From positions 177,282 to 201,281 of the forward strand of contig CAVZGP010000010.1 in the NCBI GenBank assembly GCA_963774765.1: DNA of 24,000 nucleotides, read 5' to 3'. The stretch's first letter is position 1. Every line of letters starts with the position of its first letter. Positions 7,556-15,760 of the stretch are shown here, one piece after another. A program made the translations under genes and the position numbers. Under the pieces are notes generated by a model that worked only from the letters and a program-made list of their open reading frames with translations, made no database searches and had not been told where the DNA came from. The DNA comes from Ilumatobacteraceae bacterium. Its GTDB lineage: Bacteria > Actinomycetota > Acidimicrobiia > Acidimicrobiales > Ilumatobacteraceae.

Positions 7556-10500
7556 TCAACTCACATAGCCGCCGGCCAGGAATCGTTCCATGGCCTCGTT
7601 CTCGTGTCCGGGGCGGTAGCCCTGCTCGGCCGGGGACCACAGACCGGTCCCGTCCTCCCCACCGTCTTCGGCCTTGGCGAACTTGACGAAGGACTCCTTG
7701 GGAGCGCCATCGGCGCAGTAGACGTCGAGTTCGAAGCCCTTGCCGATCTTGCGCCCGTAGGCCTCTTTGCGGTTCATCGAATCGGTCATCAGCGTGGGTC
7801 GCAGCCATGCCCGTGTCACCGACTGATGGCTGCCGTAGCGGTACCCGGACTGATAGTCGGTACGCGGGTTGCGCGCCAGGCCGTCCTCGCGGGTCTCGTG
7901 GCCCTCGACGCTGCCGTAGGACGCGACATGGAAGTGGAACCACGCCCGAGCGATGCCCATCACCACCGACGGGTTGACCCTCACGCGCACCATCCATCGA
8001 GCGACCTTGTAGTCGTCCGGGCGATCCTGCCAGCCCTTGAACGGTCGGTCGGTGGGATCGCCGTCGATCCATACGTAGTCACCGTCGGCCACGCCGAGCT
8101 CGATGGCGTCATCGGGATGGATGTCGCAATAGCCCTCGGAGACCCACGGCTTGCGCTTGTCGTGGCGATAGAAGTCGCCGAACGGCCCGAAGATCAAGAC
8201 GTCGGTGTCCGTCGAGGCACCCATCGAGTGGCACGCGTGACGGTATTTGGGAGTGATCAGCACATGGCTGAATCCATCCGACATCAGAGGATGCTGCGAC
8301 GCGACGATCTCCTCGGGCGAGCGCATCACATGGCGCACCTGGCGCACCTCGGTACTGAGATCATCGATGTCCAGGTCGTAGCTGGCGGGCTGGGCCGGCA
8401 CGAGCAGTGGGTGCGGGTTCGCCATGATGACGCCGGGTTCGTGGTGCGTGCCGTCGACCGCCTCGCGGTGCACCGGTAGGTTCTCGCCGTACTCGATGAA
8501 CTCCGGTTCGTCCCGATAGAACTCGAGACGCCCGGACTTCGTGTACCATGGCTCGCTCTCGTAGGTCTGCTCCCAACCAATGACCTTCGGCAGCGTTCGA
8601 TACATCATGTAGAACGGCGTGCCCTGCTTGCAGGACTCGTGCAGATCGTCGAAGCGATACCCCTTGGTCGTGTTGCCCGCGTCGAACACCCGCTGGATGT
8701 ACGGGCTCGGATCGCCGTCGATCACGAAACGCCAGTAGTCGGCAAAGCGTGGATCGTCGAGTTGCTCGCCGAGTGCCGTCGCGATCAGCGCGTTGCACTG
8801 CATGTCGTCGAGCGTCTCGAAGACACGCTCCATCGGAGTCGAGCACCAGGCCTGCAGGAACGGGTTCGTCACCGAGCCGTACACGTCGGGGAGTTGTCGC
8901 TCCGGCCAGGCATCGACACCGAACACCACATCCGCGTACTCGCACGAGGCGGTCCAGTACCACTCGTGATGGACGATCATCTCGATCTTCGGCAAGGTGT
9001 TCACCACGACGTCGTGGTGACCCTTCGCATTGCCGAGCAGCGAGTTCGAGTTGGCGAAGTGCATCGTCTTGGTCGGCGTGGGCATGTGCGTGTGCCCGGT
9101 GAACATCTTGTTGCCGACCTTCAGCGGACGGTCGCCGTAGTTGTAGTAGTGGGCCGATTCGCCCTTCCAGTACTTCCGCGTCGTCGACTGTTCCTCGGGA
9201 TCGAGGGTCGTGTTGAACGGATCCTCGAGCGTCCACTGCGTGATGCCGCCGAACGTGCCGAGGCGGTAGTTGCCGGAGTAGCTCCCGACCGATCCGCCGT
9301 AGTGACCGATGTTGTTGGTGAGCGCTGCCAGCAGCAGGATCGCTCGGTCCTTGTTGTCGTTGTTGAAGAAGTGGTTCGGACCCATGCCCATCGCGAACAG
9401 CGTCTTGGTCGGGTTGGCGGCGATGTCGGCGGCCAGCTCCTCGATCGCGTCCACCGGCGCCCAGGTCACGCCCGACACCTGCTCGGGCGTGTAGGTCGAG
9501 TCCAGGAGTTCTCTGACTGCGTCGAAGACCGGACGCACCTCGACAGTCGAGCCGTCGACCAACGTGACCTCGAAGGTCCCTTCGAGCGCCGCGTCGACAC
9601 CGCTGGGGAAGTGCGCCCCGGTGTCGTCGTGGGTCACCACCGCCGGAGCACCGACTGCCAGATCCCAGACCATCTGGTCGCCCCACTCCTCACGAAGGTC
9701 GCGAGGTGCGATCTGGCGCCCCTGCCCCGACGGTGTGGCCACCTTCTCGCCGGGCTCGATGAGCTGGACCGTGCGCAGCGTGGCGTTCACGTATTCGGGA
9801 ATGACATCGGATGCTCGCAGCAGGGTCCGGTCGTCGGTGCGGACCAGGAGGGGCAGGTCGGTCTGGGTCTTGACGAAGTCGGCGTCGTAGGTGCCATCGC
9901 GGATGATGGCCTGCGCCATCCCGAGCGCGAGGGCGCTGTCGGTTGCGGTACGGATCGTGAGATGCCGGTCGGACTTGCACGTCGTCGACTGGTACTCCGG
10001 CGCGATCGTGACCACCTTGGCGCCGTGCAACCGCGCCTCGGTGAGCCAGTGGCCGTCGGGCATCTTGGTGGCGATCCAGTTCATGCCCCACAACGTGATC
10101 AGCTTGGAGTTCTCCGCCGTGGCGAGGTCGAAGTCGAGTGACTGCTGCCCCGTGACCATCGGATGGCCGGGCGGGAGATCGGTGTGCCACGAGAAACTGT
10201 CCCAGTGGCGCCCTCCGTAGGCATCGTCGGCATCGACGTCGCGAACGCCGACGTCGAGCAGCGCGAGCATGTTCGCGAGCCGGTAGAACCCGCCGACCCG
10301 GAACGGCGCGTTGAAGGGCATGCCGCCTCGGAACTTCATCACCTGCGTGCCGGCGCCGTGCATCGTCTCGATCATCTCGGGCTCGTAGTAGCCCTGCGAT
10401 TCGAGGAGCGCCGCGCCGTCGTCGCCGCTGTAGGTGGTGGCCACGTCGATGTACACCTTGGCCACGATCGCGGCGGCCTCCTCGTGACTCATCTTCACGA

Positions 10501-11052
10501 AGTCCTCTTGGCCGCGACCGGCGCGGTACTCGAGCGCTGGTTGGCCGTCGGCCTCGCGCGGCATGCCGTCGTCGACCCACCGCTTGAAGCCGGCGCGTAC
10601 GTAGCAGCCCTTCACCCGTCGATCGCTGTACATGCGGCGTACGTAGGCGAGGCCGGACACACACGCCCGCGGGTCCCAGCGGCTCGACGCAGTGTTGCCG
10701 TAGACATCCGAGGTCTTGTGATACCCGAACGACGGATCGGCGTACACGGCGACACCGTTCTTGACGCTCGCCTTGAGGAGACAGCCGTGGGTGTCGTTCG
10801 GAGCGCACAGGTAGTGATACGTGCTGTCGGGGGTGTACAGGTCACGGTAGACGTGTTCCCAGTCGCGACTGGGTACGCCTCGAGTGGGTTCGTGATCGGA
10901 TCCTTCAGCGACAGCATCGTCAGGTGCTCCGCGAGCACCTCCGATCCAGCGGTCCCCACCAGGATCGCGGCCAGCGCCCCGCTTCCAGCCCCGAGAAGCT
11001 CCCGCCGAGAGAGACCTGCGCCTGATCGCGGTACTGCCGTTGGATCGACCAT
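7556..11052 (-). CDS. Alpha (molybdopterin catalytic) subunit of a Tat-exported type II DMSO-reductase-family enzyme. The reading frame is interrupted by an apparent 1-nt frameshift near 10870.
   Basis: Catalytic body, frame B (7556..10870): [40 protein letters not shown]..., followed by about 1100 aa of molybdopterin-oxidoreductase-like sequence. Tat leader, another frame (ATG 11052-11050, GGGAG Shine-Dalgarno 7 nt upstream): [61 protein letters not shown]. The total length of 3497 nt is one short of a multiple of 3. The track's start at 11146 (MCGCAGPF...) has no signal peptide and no homology-like sequence. Confidence 0.85.
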
Positions 11053-11116
11053 CACACCACTCCCTGTCACGTTCGAGCTGTCCGATGAACAGTCCAGGTT
11101 CCAGGACGGACCGACT

Positions 11117-11132
11117 AGGGCCGAAAGGCCCT
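11117..11132 (-). terminator. Candidate stem-loop downstream of mraY.
   Basis: The sequence is AGGGCC-GAAA-GGCCCT, a perfect 6-bp stem with a tetraloop, about 40 nt after the mraY stop. There is no U-tract, so termination activity is uncertain. The molybdoenzyme operon start (11052) follows on the same strand. Confidence 0.3.
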
Positions 11133-11172
11133 GCACAACCGCACAAGGCAGTGGATGTCCGCAGACATCAGC

Positions 11173-12231
11173 TCATGGCAGCGCCGCCTGATGGGTGTAG
11201 TCGGCCACGAAGATGCCGACCGCAGCGGCCACGCAGACGCCCGAGATCAGCCAGAAGCGGATGATCACCGTCGTTTCCGGCCAGCCGGCCACCTCGAAAT
11301 GGTGATGGATCGGCGACAGTTTGAACAGTCGTCGACGCCGACCCGACGCACGGAAGACCGCCATCTGCAGCCCGACCGAACCGGCCTCGATGACATTGAT
11401 CCCGCAGATCAGCAACAACAGGAGTTGTGTGTTGGTCGCCAGGGCCAGCAGGGCGAGGGCGGATCCCAGCGCGAGCGCGCCGACATCGCCCATGAAGATC
11501 CGCGCCGGTGCCGCGTTCCACCAGAGGAACCCGACGCACGCACCAGCGAACGCCGCTGCGAGCACTGCCAGATCGTACGGGTTGACGACAGCGCCGTAGA
11601 TCTCCGGGTTCCTGAGCGCCCAGAACGCGATGCCGGTGAACGCGATGAAGCCGAAGACCGCGGAGCCCGCAGCGAGGCCATCGAGCCCGTCGGTGACGTT
11701 GACGGCATTGGTGGTCGCAAAGATGATCGTGCCCGCCCAGAACACCCACACGACCGGTCCGAGATCCCAGCCGGGCAGATCGGCGCGGGTCAGCGAGATG
11801 CGTGTGTCGATGTCGGTCGACATGACGAGCACGGTCGCGATGACCAGCGCCATCCCGTACGACACCAGACCTTTGAGCTTCCAGTACACACCGCGGTTCT
11901 GACGCGAGCGCACCTTCATCAGGTCGTCGATCAGCCCCAGTGCACCCATCACCAGAATGCCGCCGATGATGATGAGCGTCTGGTCGGAGAACACGACGCC
12001 GGCGCGCACGTGGCTGAGCAGATAGCCGGCGAGTGCTGCGCCCACGATGACCAAGCCGCCCATCGTGGGCGTCCCCGCCTTGTGGGCGTGCGGCGGCACC
12101 CGTTCGTTCGCAGCGTTCTGCTGGAGTATCGGTTGGCTCGCGCCCCGTCCCGCGAGCACGCCGATCAGCGCCCGGGTACCGAACAGTGCCAGCACGCCCG
12201 CAAGCGCGCTCGCAAGCGCCAGGGCGATCAC
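11173..12231 (-). CDS. mraY: Phospho-N-acetylmuramoyl-pentapeptide transferase (MraY, polyprenyl-phosphate glycosyl-1-phosphate transferase family).
   Basis: The protein is polytopic, 352 aa, and carries MraY signature blocks: HKAGTPTMGG, NAVNVTDGLDGLAAG, PARIFMGDVGALALG and SPIHHHFEVAGWPETTVIIRFW. Confidence 0.88.
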   Translation of the reverse strand: MIALALASALAGVLALFGTRALIGVLAGRGASQPILQQNAANERVPPHAHKAGTPTMGGLVIVGAALAGYLLSHVRAGVVFSDQTLIIIGGILVMGALGLIDDLMKVRSRQNRGVYWKLKGLVSYGMALVIATVLVMSTDIDTRISLTRADLPGWDLGPVVWVFWAGTIIFATTNAVNVTDGLDGLAAGSAVFGFIAFTGIAFWALRNPEIYGAVVNPYDLAVLAAAFAGACVGFLWWNAAPARIFMGDVGALALGSALALLALATNTQLLLLLICGINVIEAGSVGLQMAVFRASGRRRRLFKLSPIHHHFEVAGWPETTVIIRFWLISGVCVAAAVGIFVADYTHQAALP

Positions 12232-12360
12232 GCCAGGTCATCCAATTGCACAGTGACACACTCTTCGACTGGTGCCTGCCCGTGCCAGGGCACAACGTCC
12301 CAGCAGAACCAGGGTCCAAAGTCCCTGAACCGAGGCGTGCGTCCGCCGTAGTCTCCAGAC

Positions 12361-13920
12361 ATGGAGATCGAGGAACTGACCGAGCGCGCCACCGAGCTGG
12401 TGCGCGCCAGCACGTTGTCGTACGACCAGAAGTTGCGACGCCTGGCGGCGCTCGCCACCGACGCGTTGCCGTATCCAGCGATCTCCGACGAATGTGCCGA
12501 GGCGCTCGAAAAGCGTGTGATCTGCGACATGTTCGAAGGGAACGCACCCTTCACCGCGCGCTACGTGCTGCCCGACTACGAACTCGCGATGCGTCAGGGC
12601 CTCGCCTACCTCGAGATGCCCGCGCCGACCGATCTCGACGACGCGTTGGCGTTCCTCCAGGTCATGTACACCTACGTCCCGAGCGTCACCACGTATCCGG
12701 TGTACCTCGGTGATCTCGACAAGGTGCTCGAACCGTTCGTCACCGACGACATCTCCGACGCCGACCTCGACGCCAAGCTGCGCCGCTTCTGGATCGGCAT
12801 CGACCGCATGCTGCCCGATGCGTTCGTGCACACCAACCTCGGCCCACACGACAGCCGGATCACCCGTTCGATCCTGCGCGTCGAGCGCTCGCTGCGCCAG
12901 GCCGTTCCGAACATCACGCTCAAGGTCGATCCCGCGCTCACCCCCGACGACCTGATCGAGGACGCAATTCGAACCGTGTTCGAGACGGGCAAGCCCCACT
13001 TCGTGAACCATCCGATGATGGTCGGCGATCACGGCGAGCGCTACGCGGCGGTCAGCTGCTACAACTCGTTGAAGATCGGTGGCGGCGCGCACACGCTGGT
13101 GCGCTTGAACCTCAAGGAGGTCGCGCTCCTCCACACCGGCGGAGCCGACGACTTCCTCAGCGACACGCTGCCCCACTACGTCGAGCTGACCGCCGAGTTG
13201 GGTGAAGCACGCGTGCGGTCTCTCGTCGAGCAGCAGCGCTTCTTCGACACGCATTGGCTCGCCGCCGAAGGGCTGATCGACATCGACCGGTTCGCGGCGA
13301 TGTTCGGGATCTTCGGCTTGGCCGAGTGTGTCAACCTCCTGATGGCCTACGAGGGTCGCGACCGCGACGGCGAAGCGCGCTACGGCCACGACGCCGAGGC
13401 GAACGAGTTGGCGGTGCGCGTCGTCGAGCGAGTCGCCGAGCTGGTCGCCGAGCGCCCGATGCCCTACAGCGAGGGCGGTGCAGGACGCTGCTACCTGCAC
13501 AGCCAGAGCGGCATCGACCTCGACGACGCGGTGACCGCCGGCACGAGGATCCCCGTCGGCGACGAACCCGGGCTGCTCGAACACATCGCCACCTGCGCTC
13601 CCCACCATCACCTCTTCGCGTCTGGTGTCAGCGACATCTTCCATGTCGACGAAACGGCGACGCGCAATCCCGAGGCGCTCGTCGACATCATCCGCGGGGC
13701 GTTCGAGAGTGGGATGCGCGACTTCACGTTCAACCTCGACAGCAACGAGTTCATTCGGATCACCGGCTACCTCGTGCGCAAGAGCGACCTCGCGGCGATC
13801 GCTGACGACGGTGTCGTACGGCACGCGAGCGATCTTCTGGCCGCCGGCAGCGAGAACGCCTACCACCTCACGCAACGAGCGGTGAAGCGCATCGGCTGTC
13901 ATGAGCGCGACCCTCGCTGA
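12361..13920 (+). CDS. Putative glycyl-radical enzyme, YjjI-like (DUF3029-type), 519 aa.
   Basis: A glycyl-radical-type fingerprint, FIRITGYLVRK, lies about 45 aa from the C-terminus (compare RVxGY in PFL and RxCGYL in NrdD). A candidate thiyl loop AVSCYNSLKIGGG lies mid-protein. The size matches E. coli YjjI (about 516 aa). The 3' end overlaps by 20 nt the start of a GRE-activase-type radical SAM gene. Confidence 0.62.
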   Translation: MEIEELTERATELVRASTLSYDQKLRRLAALATDALPYPAISDECAEALEKRVICDMFEGNAPFTARYVLPDYELAMRQGLAYLEMPAPTDLDDALAFLQVMYTYVPSVTTYPVYLGDLDKVLEPFVTDDISDADLDAKLRRFWIGIDRMLPDAFVHTNLGPHDSRITRSILRVERSLRQAVPNITLKVDPALTPDDLIEDAIRTVFETGKPHFVNHPMMVGDHGERYAAVSCYNSLKIGGGAHTLVRLNLKEVALLHTGGADDFLSDTLPHYVELTAELGEARVRSLVEQQRFFDTHWLAAEGLIDIDRFAAMFGIFGLAECVNLLMAYEGRDRDGEARYGHDAEANELAVRVVERVAELVAERPMPYSEGGAGRCYLHSQSGIDLDDAVTAGTRIPVGDEPGLLEHIATCAPHHHLFASGVSDIFHVDETATRNPEALVDIIRGAFESGMRDFTFNLDSNEFIRITGYLVRKSDLAAIADDGVVRHASDLLAAGSENAYHLTQRAVKRIGCHERDPR

Positions 13921-14671
13921 TTCGGTCCGGGGCATTCGATCGCGTTCGGGATACGTCGCCGACACGATCTCGTTCAGCAGCGTCGACGGGCCGGGCAATC
14001 GGTTCGTCGTCTTCCTCCAGGGCTGCAACTTCGATTGCATCGCGTGCCACAACCCTCAGACGATCCCAGGGCATCAGCCGCTGGAGGGCCACGACCCCCA
14101 CCACATGAGCGTCGATGAACTGCTGGTGTCGATACGGCGGGCGGCGCCCTTCATCCGCGGGGTGACCGCTTCGGGCGGTGAGGCGACGCAGCAGCCCGAG
14201 TTCCTGCAGGCGCTGTTCGACGGGATCAAACGCGACCCCGACCTGGCGAGGCTCACCTGCTTCGTCGACTCGAACGGCGCCACGGGACTCTCGGCCTGGG
14301 ACGTACTGGCGCCGGTGATGGACGGAGCGATGATCGATCTCAAGTGTCTCGATTCCGACATCCATCGAGCGATGACCGGCCAGCCGAACGATCAGGTCCT
14401 CGCGAGCATCGAGCACCTCGAACGCCTCGGCCTGCTCTACGAGGTCAGGTTGCTGCTGATGGCAGGAGTCAACGACGATCCCGACCTGCTCCGCCGAACA
14501 GCCGAGTGGCTCGCGGCAATCGACCCGGCGATGCGGATCAAGCTGATCGGGTTCCGGGCCCATGGCGCACGACCTCACGAACCGGCCCTCGTCGAGCCCA
14601 CGTGGGAGGCACTGATCGGCGCAGCGGAGCTCTTGGGCGACGTCGCACCATTCGACATCTGCACGATCTGA
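13901..14671 (+). CDS. Glycyl-radical-enzyme activating protein (radical SAM, PflA/YjjW-like).
   Basis: The N-terminal block is SFSSVDGPGNRFVVFLQGCNFDCIACHNP, containing the CX3CX2C radical SAM motif in the context typical of GRE activases. It also carries a GGEAT SAM-binding-like motif (TASGGEATQQPEF). It is translationally coupled to the upstream gene. Confidence 0.85.
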   Translation: MSATLADSVRGIRSRSGYVADTISFSSVDGPGNRFVVFLQGCNFDCIACHNPQTIPGHQPLEGHDPHHMSVDELLVSIRRAAPFIRGVTASGGEATQQPEFLQALFDGIKRDPDLARLTCFVDSNGATGLSAWDVLAPVMDGAMIDLKCLDSDIHRAMTGQPNDQVLASIEHLERLGLLYEVRLLLMAGVNDDPDLLRRTAEWLAAIDPAMRIKLIGFRAHGARPHEPALVEPTWEALIGAAELLGDVAPFDICTI

Positions 14672-14710
14672 GCGTCGACAGCGGATGAGCACATCGAGGA
14701 GACTGCCAGG

Positions 14711-15538
14711 ATGAGCACACGTCCGATCGACCCGATTCGTCACGTCTCGAACGAGATGGTCCACGACTTCTCACGGGACGGCGTCACGGTGCTTCGCGGC
14801 GCGGTCGCCCCGACCTGGCTCGACCTGCTCGCCGAAGGAGTCGAGTACAACCGCACGCATCCGAGCCAGTGGTCGCACTGGTACACCAACCCCGACGAAG
14901 CCGTGGGTTTCTGGAGCGACTACGTCACGTGGCCGGACGTCGAGCAGTACCGGCGAGTGGTGTTCGACAGCGGACTCGCCGAGGTCGCCGGCCAACTGAT
15001 GGGTTCACGGACCGTACGGTTCTTCCACGAACACGTGCTGGTCAAGGAGCCCGGTGCCGCCGAGCCCACGCCGTGGCATCACGACGACCCCTACTACGGC
15101 ATCGACGGCATGCAGAACGTCAGCATGTGGATCGCGCTCGACGCGGTTCCTGCGTCGTCGGGACTGCAATTCATCGCCGGATCACATCTGTGGGGGCGTC
15201 GGTTCGTGCCGCGCAAGTTCATCGATCAGACCCCGTACGGCGAGGCCGACGAACGTTTCGAGTTGCTCCCCGACGGCGACGAGTTGGTCGGCGATCATCG
15301 ACTCCTGGGTTGGGACGTCGAGCCTGGCGACGTGCTCGCCTTCCACTACCGCACGTTGCACGGTGCGCCCGGCAACTCGCTGTCGACACCTCGACGAGCG
15401 GTCAGCCTGCGTTGGCTCGGCGACGATGCCCGCTTCGGTGAACGTCCCTGGACCACCTCGCCACCGTACGAACCGAGTGGTCTCGTGGTCGGCGGCCCGC
15501 TCGACGGCGACCCCCGCTTCCCCCTCGTCGTCAGCTGA
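14711..15538 (+). CDS. Phytanoyl-CoA dioxygenase (PhyH) family Fe(II)/2-oxoglutarate-dependent oxygenase.
   Basis: The sequence shows FSRDGVTVLRGAV, a facial triad candidate WHHDDPYY plus the distal His in YRTLHGAPGN, and RRAVSLRW (a 2OG-binding Arg context). A GAGGAG Shine-Dalgarno sequence lies 9 nt before the ATG. Confidence 0.8.
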   Translation: MSTRPIDPIRHVSNEMVHDFSRDGVTVLRGAVAPTWLDLLAEGVEYNRTHPSQWSHWYTNPDEAVGFWSDYVTWPDVEQYRRVVFDSGLAEVAGQLMGSRTVRFFHEHVLVKEPGAAEPTPWHHDDPYYGIDGMQNVSMWIALDAVPASSGLQFIAGSHLWGRRFVPRKFIDQTPYGEADERFELLPDGDELVGDHRLLGWDVEPGDVLAFHYRTLHGAPGNSLSTPRRAVSLRWLGDDARFGERPWTTSPPYEPSGLVVGGPLDGDPRFPLVVS

Positions 15539-15570
15539 CGTACACGATGTGCCAGAGGCCTCAGCGGAGC

Positions 15571-15721
15571 GGGAAACAGCGTCTCGGGACCCGAAGGAAT
15601 CACACGCCGCTGAGGTTCTCCCACCGATGAGCGAAGCGACCGGAGACGATCATCACAACCCACGAGATCCCCCGCTCATCGCAACGCCGACTTCCGCCCG
15701 ATCCGCTGAGACCCCAGGCAC
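15571..15721. repeat. Composite intergenic repeat, locus A: the conserved left and right flanks enclose one decayed hairpin unit.
   Basis: The left flank GGGAAACAGCGTCTCGGGACCCGAAGGAATCACACGCCGCTGAGGTTCTCCCACCGATGAGCGAA and the right flank GCTCATCGCAACGCCGACTTCCGCCCGATCCGCTGAGACCCCAGGCAC align base for base, with scattered substitutions, to the flanks of the array at 17548..17864. The internal unit has lost its right hairpin arm. Confidence 0.8.
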
Positions 15722-15760
15722 ATCTCGTACGTCGAGATGTCGTGCGGCCATGATGACGGG

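Noticed and set aside
7556-11146. The track's 1196-aa alpha-subunit ORF starting at 11146 (MCGCAGPFGPS...).
   Set aside because: The first ~94 residues have no signal peptide and a junk-like Arg/Gly composition. They also overlap the intergenic hairpin downstream of mraY. A proper Shine-Dalgarno sequence, ATG and Tat leader exist in the neighbouring frame from 11052, so I model a frameshifted gene instead.
12238-14052. 604-aa minus-strand ORF.
   Set aside because: It is antisense to the GRE-like gene and the start of the activase gene. It has no motifs and a biased Val/Asp/Arg/Gly/His composition. The plus-strand genes have a radical SAM CX3CX2C motif, a glycyl-radical-like fingerprint and coupled starts and stops.
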